Of a stretch of 64,000 nucleotides of DNA, positions 47,822 through 57,311 are shown one piece after another. The first letter of the stretch is position 1; every line of letters starts with the position of its first letter. Under the pieces are notes generated by a model. That model ran no database searches. It was given only the letters and a program-made list of their open reading frames with translations, and was not told where the DNA came from. The position numbers and the translations under genes were made by a program. The stretch is from a virus. Its lineage: Duplodnaviria > Caudoviricetes. The stretch covers positions 32,001 to 96,000 of IMG/VR virus record IMGVR_UViG_3300013121_000044. One strand, 5' to 3'.

Positions 47822-50800
47822 TGACCTACTAGAGACGTTAGCGCCCCCGCCACGGTGGAGTTTCGGAGGTTTTCGCTGGTCTCCTTGAGATCGCGCGCGG
47901 CCTCCAGAAGCGCATCCGAGGCGCGGCCGATGCCCGCCCCTTCCATCTCACTCTGCGTCCCCGCGCTCTCCCTCGCGCCGAGGGCGGCTTCACGCTCGGC
48001 CCCGGATCGAGGCGTGAGGCCCGCCATGACGGCGCGCTCGCGCATCGAATCGACGAAGCTGTGGGCGGCGGAGCCTACGCGCTCCCGGAAGGAACGGCTC
48101 AGGTTCGCGAACGGGAGCTGGGCCGCGAGCAAGTTCGCACCCCCCTCGATCACGCGTCGCCGCGTGGAGTGCTCCGTGTCCCAGTTCCTCCGGTCTGCGT
48201 CGGCACCCTCCCCCATGCCACCCGCGAGAGCTTCCACCCCTGCGAAGTCGCCGCGCTCCAGGAGCGCCGCGAGACGGGCCCCGCCACGCTCGCGCCGGAG
48301 CCGGTGGAGCTGATCCGGGGAGAGGCCCTCCAGCGCCCGGCGCACGCCGTCGCGGTCGGACCCTTGCACGTCGCGCAGGGCGTCGCCGAGCACACCCCCC
48401 TGTCGGGCCATCATGGAGAAACCTGTCGCCGCCGCGCGACGCGCCTTCTCGTTGATGCGCGTCTCCTCCGCCCCGCCCATCCGATCGAGGAGCGTCGCGC
48501 TGTCGCCTTCGAGCATCCCGCGCGCGGCGGCGAGGACGCGCTCGTTCCCCTCGTAGCGCGCCCCGAGCGTTCCCGCGCGGCGTGCGATCTGCGCCTGCTC
48601 CGCGTCGCTGAACCCCGACAGGATTCGCGCGCGTGCCGCGTCCGCGCTCTCCCGCTCCGCCGAGGTGCCGCCTGGACGAAGAGCTCGGAGAGCCGCCAGG
48701 GCCCCCACCGCGCGGCGGCTCCGTTCGTAACCCGCCGTGCCTTCGCGCCCGAGGCCCCGCGCCTCGTCCATCACGGTGTCATAACCCTCGCGACCTTCAG
48801 CCCCCGCGTGCCCCAGGACACGACCGTACGCCGTACGGACGGCGGCCTGTCCCGCCTCGGTGTCCCCCGCCGAGTCTCGGAGGCTCCGCTGCGTGTGCTC
48901 CCAGGAACGACGCTCCTCCGCCGTCATGCCCCGCGATTCGAGATCCGCCCCCACGGCCGTGGCGATCGCGCCGCGCTGTGTGCGCCAGTTTGTGCGGATC
49001 TGCTCCTCGTCCATACCGCGCCGTCGCATGACGTTCCGATATCTCTCGTAGATCTCGCTACCTTCCATGCCTCGCGTACCAACGAGGAGGGGCGCCAGCG
49101 TGCCCCCGGCTCCGCCCGGAACGAAGAGGGACGCCCCTCCGATCATGTCGACCTTATTGCCGCGCGAGCCGAAATCGTTCGCCATTCGACTGAGACTCGT
49201 GGACACGTCCGAAAGCCCTGCACCACCTCCGAAGAGTTCTCCCACGCGGCCCATCGCCGCCCGCCGTTGCGCCTCCGTCGCCCCCACCACGTCTGACGCG
49301 AACCCGGCGCCCGACTGAATCGTGTAGCGCTGACGCTGACGCTCCGTCGCGTCGTCGGTGAGGAGTCGTCCGGCGGCGACGAAGCCCGCCCCGAGTCCGC
49401 TCGCACCGTGCAGTTGAGCATAGCGATAACCCGTACTCACCCGGTCGAATACATCTTCGGGCGCGTCCGTGTGGGGCTGTCGCGCGACGTAGTTTGCGTA
49501 GCTCGCGGTCCGGTACGCGCCGCGCACACGGCGACGCCCCTCCTCACTTTCATCCCCGCCGTAAAGGCCGTGCGCTTCCTCCCCGCCGAAAGCGCCGCTC
49601 AGGTTTACGCCGAGATGATGGATGCCTCCCCGCATGGCGCGACCGGCGCGGCCCGCCCATGTCTGCCGGTAGAGCGTCCCCAGCACGCTCGGGTCCCCCT
49701 CCTCGTAGTTTCGGTCGGCCACGGCGCGCGCCTCGCGCTGGTCGGTGGCGAGCTGGGCGCGCTGCGTAGACCAGTACGCGCCGCTGCCCATCTCCGTCGC
49801 GCGTGCGAGGGCCTGCGTCCGATCCATGCCGAGCGCCTGCGCCGCCGTCAGGAACCCCTGCGAGCCGCCCATGCCCATCTGCCGCGCCAGGGAGAGAACC
49901 TGTCGGTCTTCCATGTTCCGCTGCGCGAAGGGACCTTGGGCTTGGATCATCCGCCCCAAGGAGTCTTGCAGCATGGGTTGCATCGCCACCGCCATGCCGA
50001 GCCCTCCGACGCCGAGACGTTCCGTCATCCCCGTGAGTACGTTCGACCCGCGCCCCGTCATGCTGAAGAGGTCCGAACGGCCGGAGAGCATGTTCTGGAT
50101 CGCCCCGGCGTTGAGCCCGCCTCCCGTGCTCATCGCCCCGGGAGTAACCATCGGGAGCTGAAGGAGCGCCCCCGAGAACATGGTGTTCAGCGTGCCGAGC
50201 CCCTGCGCGCCGCCCGTGAGGGCCGCCATCTGGGGCGAGAGCGTCCCCCGGTTGATGGACGAAGCCGCCTGGGCGTAGTTGCCCATCCCGACCTGGAAAC
50301 CGAGCCCCTGGGTGAGGCCCATGGACTGGAAGGCCGAGGAGCCCATCGCCCCACCGATCTCCGCGAGGCCCTGGAAGGTCGTTCCCGCCATGCGCGCGAA
50401 GGAGCGCCCTGCTGACACGGCCGCCGTCGTCTCGTGGAGATTCAGGCCCGACGCGCGGAGAGATCCCATCGTCTGGATCGCACGCACCACGTCCGGCTCG
50501 CGCGCCAGCTCCATGAAGGCCGAGAGGCTCCGCGCCACGTCGCGGACGCGACTTGTCATCTGGTCCGGAGACCCGACGCCGGTCATGAGCCCGGCTTCGG
50601 AAGCTCCCTGGGTCACCTTGAAAAGGTCTTGCTGATTGAAGCGATCCCTCGTCTCTCGCCGGAAGGAAGAGGATCCGGCCAGGGCCGTGATGCCCCGTGA
50701 CGCCTCCAGCGATGCGTGGTGAGAGAACCCCTGGCCCCCGGCGTGGAGGTGCGGGCCACCGGAGACGAAGCCGCGCGACAGGTGTTCGAGGCCAGCCGCG

Positions 50801-51471
50801 CCCCCGTACTCCGCGAGACGCGGCGAGGTCACCCACGATCCGTAGAGATTTTGTGCGCCTTGCCCCATGCCCGAGAGCTCGGAGCCGAGGAGCCCGGCCA
50901 CGGCTCCCGCCGCCATGCCCCATGCCCCGAAGCGGCGCCCCATCATCGCGCCTGCGCCAGCCGCCGTGAGGCCCGCTGCGGCACGAGCGCCGACCCCTTG
51001 CGCGCCCTGGCCGATCACCCAGGCGCGATCCTGCGCGGCTTGCGCCTGCGCGAGCTGACCGCCGTACGGCGTATCGAAGGCAGAAGGAGGCGGCGCAGGC
51101 GCGAAGGGCACTGCGCCCGTTCCCTGGAATCCGGCGTAGGCCGGAGGAGGGTTGGGCGCGTATGGCGTGAAGGGCGAAGGGGTCCCACGGAACGCGCCGT
51201 AGGCCGAGAGGCCCGCGTAGGGGTTCTGCGCGGCGTAGGGGTTGTAGGGCGCGGAGGGGTTGATGGGCGCCATCACCCCCGTGGGCCCTTGGAAGATCGG
51301 GGGCGTACCTACGGCGGTCTGGTAGGTCTGGGACGGGAAGAAGGATCCGAACGCGCCGACCCCTCCCTGCGTGGCGATCGCCGCTGAGATCTGGCCCGGG
51401 AAGACGACCTGCGGAGCGGGGAGGAGGCCCGCTTGTGCCTGCATGGAGTTGTAGGAGAAGAGCGGGTCCAC
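47818..51471 (-). CDS. Tape measure protein
   Basis: 1217 aa, Ala/Gly/Met/Arg-rich and helical; directly downstream of a frameshifting chaperone pair. Confidence 0.8.
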   Translation of the reverse strand: MDPLFSYNSMQAQAGLLPAPQVVFPGQISAAIATQGGVGAFGSFFPSQTYQTAVGTPPIFQGPTGVMAPINPSAPYNPYAAQNPYAGLSAYGAFRGTPSPFTPYAPNPPPAYAGFQGTGAVPFAPAPPPSAFDTPYGGQLAQAQAAQDRAWVIGQGAQGVGARAAAGLTAAGAGAMMGRRFGAWGMAAGAVAGLLGSELSGMGQGAQNLYGSWVTSPRLAEYGGAAGLEHLSRGFVSGGPHLHAGGQGFSHHASLEASRGITALAGSSSFRRETRDRFNQQDLFKVTQGASEAGLMTGVGSPDQMTSRVRDVARSLSAFMELAREPDVVRAIQTMGSLRASGLNLHETTAAVSAGRSFARMAGTTFQGLAEIGGAMGSSAFQSMGLTQGLGFQVGMGNYAQAASSINRGTLSPQMAALTGGAQGLGTLNTMFSGALLQLPMVTPGAMSTGGGLNAGAIQNMLSGRSDLFSMTGRGSNVLTGMTERLGVGGLGMAVAMQPMLQDSLGRMIQAQGPFAQRNMEDRQVLSLARQMGMGGSQGFLTAAQALGMDRTQALARATEMGSGAYWSTQRAQLATDQREARAVADRNYEEGDPSVLGTLYRQTWAGRAGRAMRGGIHHLGVNLSGAFGGEEAHGLYGGDESEEGRRRVRGAYRTASYANYVARQPHTDAPEDVFDRVSTGYRYAQLHGASGLGAGFVAAGRLLTDDATERQRQRYTIQSGAGFASDVVGATEAQRRAAMGRVGELFGGGAGLSDVSTSLSRMANDFGSRGNKVDMIGGASLFVPGGAGGTLAPLLVGTRGMEGSEIYERYRNVMRRRGMDEEQIRTNWRTQRGAIATAVGADLESRGMTAEERRSWEHTQRSLRDSAGDTEAGQAAVRTAYGRVLGHAGAEGREGYDTVMDEARGLGREGTAGYERSRRAVGALAALRALRPGGTSAERESADAARARILSGFSDAEQAQIARRAGTLGARYEGNERVLAAARGMLEGDSATLLDRMGGAEETRINEKARRAAATGFSMMARQGGVLGDALRDVQGSDRDGVRRALEGLSPDQLHRLRRERGGARLAALLERGDFAGVEALAGGMGEGADADRRNWDTEHSTRRRVIEGGANLLAAQLPFANLSRSFRERVGSAAHSFVDSMRERAVMAGLTPRSGAEREAALGARESAGTQSEMEGAGIGRASDALLEAARDLKETSENLRNSTVAGALTSLVGQ
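48176..48310. repeat. 135-bp exact direct repeat, copy 2 (in the tape measure gene)
   Basis: Identical to 42403-42537. Confidence 0.95.
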
Positions 51472-51480
51472 GCGGAAAGG

Positions 51481-51915
51481 TTACCTCTTCGGGGCGTCAT
51501 CTTCAGAGAACGCGGCGACCTTCTTCCGCGCCTCCGCCTCGCGGCGTTCCCGTTCGATCGCCGCGAGCTTCGCCCGCCGCTCCTCCTCGGCTTCGGCCTG
51601 CTGGTAGGCGGGGAGGTACCGGTCCTCAAACACCTCCGCCTCATAGAGCTTGAGGAGGCGATCCACGTCAGCCCGGAGCGGGGCGTGTAGCGCCGCGTGC
51701 GCGTTCTTATCGGACAGGGGCCCGTAGGTGGCGTCGAGGAGGAGGTGCCCGATCTGTCCCAACAAGCTCACGAGGACGGTCATCTCCACGTGACGCAAGT
51801 TGCGTTGGCGGAAGAGAACCTCCTGCATCACGGCGTCGCGAAACGAGCCCGCCGGGGGGAGCGGAACGCCCGCCGCAAGCGCCCGCGCCCTGACCGCGCC
51901 CGAGGGGCGGCTCAG
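51481..51915 (-). CDS. Tail assembly chaperone, -1 frameshift extension (gpT-like)
   Basis: The -1 frame is open from the slippery site to the stop at 51481-51483 and is in frame with ORF 51481..51831. Confidence 0.75.
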   Translation of the reverse strand: MSRPSGAVRARALAAGVPLPPAGSFRDAVMQEVLFRQRNLRHVEMTVLVSLLGQIGHLLLDATYGPLSDKNAHAALHAPLRADVDRLLKLYEAEVFEDRYLPAYQQAEAEEERRAKLAAIERERREAEARKKVAAFSEDDAPKR

Positions 51916-52493
51916 AAACCCGTGGGTGCGCCGTTCGAGAGAGCCGCGTAGGTCCAGCGGTCGAATTGCGAAAGCGTCGCGTAGATCGTGTCGAGGAAGG
52001 GGTCGCCGAGTCCGTCGACATAGCGAAGGCGCTCGTTGAAGGCGGCCTCCTGGGCGTCGAGGTCCGCGTCCGGGGGGGCGAAGGCCAGAGCCTTCTTCCC
52101 GAACTGGACGAGGGAGCCCGCGAGACAGATGCGCAGAGTGGCTTGAGAATGAACGCGCGGGTCGTTCGTCCGCAACGTGTCGAGCACGTTCGCGACCCGC
52201 TGGCGGCAGTAGGCGTCTCGGGTTCGGAGCACGAGCGTGCGGCGGCCTCCGTAGAGCGGGATCGTCTTCTCGTAGAAGCCCCGCTCGATCATCGCGTCGA
52301 GGATCTCCAACGCCTGCTCCGTGGTGAGGCCCGCCGCTTTGACACGGTCCTCCCAGGTCTCGGGCTTCGGGGCTTCCGGCGGGGGAGCCTTGGGTGCTGC
52401 CGGGGTCGCTGCTTCGTCCAGCATCGCCTGCGCGAGCTTCTCTTCGTCGGCCAGTTGCTTCTCGTCCGCGTACTCACCGGGTCTGCGCGTCAT
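51912..52493 (-). CDS. Tail assembly chaperone (gpG-like)
   Basis: 193 aa; upstream of the tape measure; ends at the slippery site. Confidence 0.75.
   Translation of the reverse strand: MTRRPGEYADEKQLADEEKLAQAMLDEAATPAAPKAPPPEAPKPETWEDRVKAAGLTTEQALEILDAMIERGFYEKTIPLYGGRRTLVLRTRDAYCRQRVANVLDTLRTNDPRVHSQATLRICLAGSLVQFGKKALAFAPPDADLDAQEAAFNERLRYVDGLGDPFLDTIYATLSQFDRWTYAALSNGAPTGF
51915..51921 (-). promoter_or_regulatory. -1 ribosomal slippery heptamer G GGT TTC
   Basis: X XXY YYZ pattern immediately before the TGA of the upstream chaperone. Confidence 0.8.
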
Positions 52494-52546
52494 TCGGGGG
52501 TACCTCGTGGTATGAGCCTACACACCTGTAACAGGAGGCTCTCGTG

Positions 52547-54583
52547 ATGGCAACTCTTCGTGAATGGCTCTCGAATCCCGCGCTCGGACTCGTTCGTTCG
52601 GTGCGCTCCTCCCAGATCGCCATGGCCGAGGCCGTGGACGACGTGATCGCAAACGGCGGTCTCGCCTTCCTGGAGGCGGGTACGGGAACAGGCAAATCCT
52701 TCGCCTACGGCCTGCCCGCCGTCCTCTCCGACAAGCGCGTGGTCATCTCGACGGGGAAGAAGGCGCTTCAAGAACAGCTCGTGGCGAAAGACCTCCCGCA
52801 CCTCACGCGCACCGTACGCGGCGCGGGGTACGCCCTCGTGAAGGGCAAGGGGAACTACGTGTGCGAACTCCGCGTGGAGGAGTTCCGCAACAGCTCTTTC
52901 TTTTTGTCGATCCCCAACGCGGAGACGGATAGGTTCTTCGCGTGGTTGGAGGACGACCAGTCCAAGGAGGGTCTCGGAGATCTCTCGGGCTGGACCCTCC
53001 CCTGGATCCACAACGTTCGGGTGACCGAGTGCGTGAAGAAGCACTGCCCCCACGCAGAAGACTGCGGCTACGTGCGAAGCCGCGAACGTGCGAAGGCGGC
53101 GCGACTCCTCGTCGTCAACCACGCGCTCCTCGCGCACGACCTCGCCATCGGGGGCGGCAAGATCCTCGGGGAATACGACGTACTGGTGATCGACGAGGCG
53201 CATCAGGCGCCGAAGTTCTTCCGCGACGCGTTCTCCCTCCACCTCCACCCCCGGCAGCCGGACGTGATCGCGCGTACGCTCAAAGACTCCGACTTCGAGC
53301 TCGGGGAGGACTTCGCCCGCGTCTACGTCTCGATCTTCTCCGCTCTCCCGAACCGCGCGCAGGAGCTCCACCTCGACGCGACCCTCGTGGCCCTCTTCGG
53401 CGAGCTCTACGCGAAAGTGTCGCGTGTGCACGAGGCGATGCTGTCGCGCGGCATCCTCGACGATGCGGAGGGTGGCGAGAGCGGCGGGCCGAGCGAGTCC
53501 GCGCGCGTCCGCGCGAAGCTGCGGGCCGGGGGCATGATGCTCGGCAAGGTCCGGCGGCTCTGCGAGATCGTCTTGGCCCTTCCGCCGGGGAACGCCCCCA
53601 CCGGGGACGCCGAGGACGCCACGCCCGTCGCGCCTCCGAGCGAGTGGGTGAAGTTCGTCGAGAAGCGAAACCGCGACGAGACGCAGGTCGTCGTGACTCC
53701 GCTGGAGGTGGGGCCCCTCGTGGCCCCCTCGCTCCTCAGCCTCGGCGGCGTGGTGGTCACGAGCGCCACGCTCGCGACCGCGAACGGGATGGAGTACGTC
53801 GCGCGCGAATACGGCCTGTCGACCAAGCAGATCCGCCTGAAGAGCGTGTACCCGTCGCCCTTCGACTACGCCAACCAGTCGGCCCTCTACGTGTCCGGCA
53901 CGTCCCCGGACCCTGCGTCGCGGAACGCCGATTACTACGCGCGCATGTGCGTCGAAGTTCACGAGCTCTGCGACGCCTCGCGGGGCGGGGCGTTCGTCCT
54001 CTGCGCCTCGACGGAAGACATGGAGGAGATTCACAACGGGATTTACAAACTGAACGTCCTGACGCGCGGCCCGACGACCTACCGCCTCGGGAAACAGACG
54101 GGGGCCTCCCCGGAGGTGCTCGTGAAGTGGTTCCTCGACGACCCCACCAGCGTCTTGGTGGGCCTCAAGACCTACTGGGAAGGCGTCGACATCCCTGGGG
54201 ACGCGCTGCGGCTGGTCGTGATCCCGCGCCTGCCTTTCCCGAACCGAGGCGACGTGATCCTCACGGCACGCAAGCGCGCCTTCATCGAACGGCTCCAGGA
54301 GGAGAACCCGGACCTCGACACGGACAAGGCGGGCATCCGGGCGTGGGAGGCGTTTGATTTTCAAGAGGCCATCATGGACTTGAAGCAAGGCGCGGGACGC
54401 CTGATCCGTACGGAGACGGATCGCGGCATCGTCGCGATCCTCGACAAACGCGCGTACCGGCGCGCGAAGAACTACTCGCACAAGGTCCGCGCCGCGCTGC
54501 CTCATCCGGAGACGTACGAGAAGGAGACGGTGCTCCAGATCCTGCGGGGCTTCGGCGCACAGGCGCTCGCGAGGACGCGATGA
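52547..54583 (+). CDS. DinG/YoaA-family helicase
   Basis: EAGTGTGKS, KGKGNYVC with Fe-S-type Cys, VVNHALL, IDEAH, TSATL, YWEGVD, RLPFP, QGAGRLIR. Confidence 0.93.
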   Translation: MATLREWLSNPALGLVRSVRSSQIAMAEAVDDVIANGGLAFLEAGTGTGKSFAYGLPAVLSDKRVVISTGKKALQEQLVAKDLPHLTRTVRGAGYALVKGKGNYVCELRVEEFRNSSFFLSIPNAETDRFFAWLEDDQSKEGLGDLSGWTLPWIHNVRVTECVKKHCPHAEDCGYVRSRERAKAARLLVVNHALLAHDLAIGGGKILGEYDVLVIDEAHQAPKFFRDAFSLHLHPRQPDVIARTLKDSDFELGEDFARVYVSIFSALPNRAQELHLDATLVALFGELYAKVSRVHEAMLSRGILDDAEGGESGGPSESARVRAKLRAGGMMLGKVRRLCEIVLALPPGNAPTGDAEDATPVAPPSEWVKFVEKRNRDETQVVVTPLEVGPLVAPSLLSLGGVVVTSATLATANGMEYVAREYGLSTKQIRLKSVYPSPFDYANQSALYVSGTSPDPASRNADYYARMCVEVHELCDASRGGAFVLCASTEDMEEIHNGIYKLNVLTRGPTTYRLGKQTGASPEVLVKWFLDDPTSVLVGLKTYWEGVDIPGDALRLVVIPRLPFPNRGDVILTARKRAFIERLQEENPDLDTDKAGIRAWEAFDFQEAIMDLKQGAGRLIRTETDRGIVAILDKRAYRRAKNYSHKVRAALPHPETYEKETVLQILRGFGAQALARTR

Positions 54584-54837
54584 GTCGAAAGCGGAAGGAC
54601 AGGCCGCGCCTGACGTTCGTGGAAGACGATCACCTCTTTTTGGAGCCGTCACAGGACAAGGGCCCTCCGTCCTGGGCGCTCACGGAGGAGGAGATCAGGC
54701 GCGCGGAGAGAGTGATCCTTCAAGCGATGGGGATCCCCGCGAAATACTTCGACGCGGAGCAAGAGTCGTACGCCCGCCTCCGTGCGCTCTACGCACCCCT
54801 GCTCGAACGTGTCGAGCGCGCGAAACGGAAGATCTGA
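54580..54837 (+). CDS. Hypothetical protein
   Basis: 85 aa; ATGA coupling. Confidence 0.6.
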   Translation: MSRKRKDRPRLTFVEDDHLFLEPSQDKGPPSWALTEEEIRRAERVILQAMGIPAKYFDAEQESYARLRALYAPLLERVERAKRKI

Positions 54838-54876
54838 TTCGTTCCCTCCCCCGAAAGTCCGTGGTAAACCCTCCCC

Positions 54877-55317
54877 GTGAACACGCTCCCCCCCACGACG
54901 TGCGCCGTCTGTCGGGGCCCCGTCTTGCCCGGACACAAGGTGCAGCAGGTCTGGGTGGTCGCAGAGGTGTCGGAATACGGCGTACCGCTCGTCGCGCAAG
55001 AGCCTGAGGCGGCACACGTCGCGTGTGCGGACCCCCTTCACCCCTGGCGTCATCGGGACGTTCCGCGCACGTCCCTCCGAAAAGGTCTCGTCGAGATGCC
55101 CCAGAAACTCGCCCCCAGTCACCAGTGCGCCAAGTGCGGTAAGGTCTTCCGCGTGGGTGACCGCGTTCAAGAGCTCTATGTCGTAGATGCCGTGGCCGTC
55201 GACCCTCAGATCGGTGCGCCCGGGATCCGCTGCGCGGGGCAGGCGGAGTATGCGCACAAGGACTGTGACGACCCCGACCTGTCGAGGGGCCGCGAGGCCC
55301 TGGTGGTGCTCTCATGA
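54877..55317 (+). CDS. Tandem zinc-finger protein
   Basis: Two similar CxxC...HxxCxDP units. Confidence 0.7.
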   Translation: MNTLPPTTCAVCRGPVLPGHKVQQVWVVAEVSEYGVPLVAQEPEAAHVACADPLHPWRHRDVPRTSLRKGLVEMPQKLAPSHQCAKCGKVFRVGDRVQELYVVDAVAVDPQIGAPGIRCAGQAEYAHKDCDDPDLSRGREALVVLS

Positions 55318-55769
55318 AGGGCATCCGTTCCCCCTGGGCCAAGCCCCCGGCCGCGCCGGAGGATCCGTTGGAAGGGGCGCGCCCGGGGCGACAACCCGTG
55401 CAGATTCAGGGTCGCACGTACACGTTCGTCGTCAACCTCCCTCTCCGGTTGCCCGAGGACAAGGCGAAGGGGCTCGCGTTGAACGCGCTCGGCGAGGCTC
55501 TCGGGGAGCTCCAGGCGGAGCACCCGGAGTTTCAAACCGAACTCGCGACACAGCGCCTGTCCCTCGACGAACGCCCGCTCGGGGCGTGCGTTTCCCTCCC
55601 TCTCGGCTCCCGAATCCTGCACGCGCTCGCGAGCTCCACCAACGAAGCTCTCGCCCTGGCCATGGCCGTGGATCGCCTCGCGCTCGCGCTCACCCGACTC
55701 ATGGCGGATAAACCCGGGGCGCGTGCTATCCTCGACGCGCACTACATCAACCTCCTGAGGACGACATGA
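55314..55769 (+). CDS. Hypothetical protein
   Basis: 151 aa; coupled. Confidence 0.65.
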   Translation: MKGIRSPWAKPPAAPEDPLEGARPGRQPVQIQGRTYTFVVNLPLRLPEDKAKGLALNALGEALGELQAEHPEFQTELATQRLSLDERPLGACVSLPLGSRILHALASSTNEALALAMAVDRLALALTRLMADKPGARAILDAHYINLLRTT

Positions 55770-55999
55770 ATGAGATCAAGTGTGGCGACTGCGCCCACTT
55801 CCATGTTCAGAAACGTGGAAGCCCCAAGGGCCTGGAGGAGATCAAATCCTACGCCCTGTGTGGCGCCAAGTCGGTGTATCACGCGAACAACCCCGATCTG
55901 CCGGAGGGAGCTCAGACGACGACCGAGCCCGTCGCCAAGCCCGTCGTCGTGACGCGTGAAATGCTCGTCACCCACTGCGACGTTGCGCGGAGGGCGTGA
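55766..55999 (+). CDS. Small Cys-containing protein
   Basis: CGDCAHF...C...C; 77 aa; coupled. Confidence 0.65.
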   Translation: MNEIKCGDCAHFHVQKRGSPKGLEEIKSYALCGAKSVYHANNPDLPEGAQTTTEPVAKPVVVTREMLVTHCDVARRA

Positions 56000-56385
56000 T
56001 GCCACCGCCTGTGCGCGTGTACGTACCCGGCCAGGACACCGCGATCGACAAGCTCGTTCAGACCTACGACGCGCTCGACGGGAGCACGCTCGCGGTCCGC
56101 GACGAGGCGGAGGAGCGGACGATCGAGGATCCCCTGGGCTTCAAGACCGAAAGCCGTCCGAACGGACGTGAGGCCGCCAAGCGGATGGTCGAGAAGCTCC
56201 TCAAGCTCTCAAGCCTTCTCCTCGTCGAGAACAGGGTGACGGACCCTGCGGACCAGCTCTTCGCGTACGAGCTGTTCAGCCTGAACGTTCTCAACTCCGT
56301 GGACTGCCCGCTCAGTGCTCGGGAGGTGGACGCCGTACGGCGCGAAGCATTCGAGTACTACGACAAGGCCACCCGGACGACGTGA
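55996..56385 (+). CDS. Hypothetical protein
   Basis: 129 aa; coupled. Confidence 0.65.
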   Translation: MMPPPVRVYVPGQDTAIDKLVQTYDALDGSTLAVRDEAEERTIEDPLGFKTESRPNGREAAKRMVEKLLKLSSLLLVENRVTDPADQLFAYELFSLNVLNSVDCPLSAREVDAVRREAFEYYDKATRTT

Positions 56386-56714
56386 ACCACGCCGAATATC
56401 TCTACCTCCTCGGGCTCGTTGAACTGACACGTCGGGCTTCCGAACGTGCTCGGGCGGAAGGAGAGGCATTTCATCCCACGCGTCCCTATTCCCCGCTCGA
56501 CTCGGGTCTCTCTGCCACGGCGTGGTTCGCAGACGGCCAGCGAACGCTCCGCGTCCGTCACCGTCCGGACGGTGATCATCGGTGGGAGGCGCGCGTCGAG
56601 CTCGCATTCCATGCCTTCTTCCCCTCGGGTTGCACCCGCGCAGAACCCGTCAAGGAAGAGGGCTGGATCATTCACGAAGGAACGACACCATGTCCGCTTT
56701 CTACATCTTCCTGA
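56382..56714 (+). CDS. Hypothetical protein
   Basis: 110 aa; GTGA coupling. Confidence 0.5.
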   Translation: MNHAEYLYLLGLVELTRRASERARAEGEAFHPTRPYSPLDSGLSATAWFADGQRTLRVRHRPDGDHRWEARVELAFHAFFPSGCTRAEPVKEEGWIIHEGTTPCPLSTSS

Positions 56715-57247
56715 TGATGTTGGTGGGATACCGCGAACCGGACTCCCTCCGACGATTCCAACGCGCGATCGAGGCTGCCACCGAAGACCCCGAAGAGCGA
56801 CTCCTCCTCGGCACGATCGCACGCACCGAGAACTATTTCCACGGAGGGAGTCCCACGCCCCCCTTCGGCCTGACCTGGGAGACGGAGCAGCGAAGGCTCC
56901 GCTGCGAAGCGTACAGGCGCCGCATGCGAGCCGAGCTTCGCCGACACCCCGGCGCGCTCCCCGTGGAGGTCGAGTGTGAACCCGCCTTCACCATCGAAAC
57001 GGGAGCTGTCTTCGCCCTCCGGTCCATGCGCGCGCTGCGCAGGACCTGTCAACGGGAGGTGCCGCATGCCGAGACCTCCCTCGCAGGCCGCTGGGCCCTG
57101 GCGATGGGCCGCTATCACCACGGGACCACGGGCGCGCACCACGGCTGCTGGGCCGACCCCCTCGCTCGCCTCCAGCTCCGCTGGATGAGCACCCGGCCTC
57201 CTGCGACCCTGCCCCGCCACGCCAACGTGCTTCGCACGCACCCCTAG
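56690..57247 (+). CDS. Lytic transglycosylase (SLT)-like protein with hydrophobic N-terminus
   Basis: IARTENYF (candidate catalytic Glu), PFGL, WALAMGRYHHG; N-terminus MSAFYIFLMMLVG. Confidence 0.5.
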   Translation: MSAFYIFLMMLVGYREPDSLRRFQRAIEAATEDPEERLLLGTIARTENYFHGGSPTPPFGLTWETEQRRLRCEAYRRRMRAELRRHPGALPVEVECEPAFTIETGAVFALRSMRALRRTCQREVPHAETSLAGRWALAMGRYHHGTTGAHHGCWADPLARLQLRWMSTRPPATLPRHANVLRTHP

Positions 57248-57311
57248 GACCTCCGCACAACCTGAAACCTCTGAATGTTCCTGCGCCACGCGCAGGAGGA
57301 AGGACCCTCTC

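Noticed and set aside
42403-48310. 135-bp repeat as a diversity-generating retroelement TR/VR pair
   Set aside because: There are no mismatches at all, so no adenine-specific variation, and no reverse transcriptase is present in the window.
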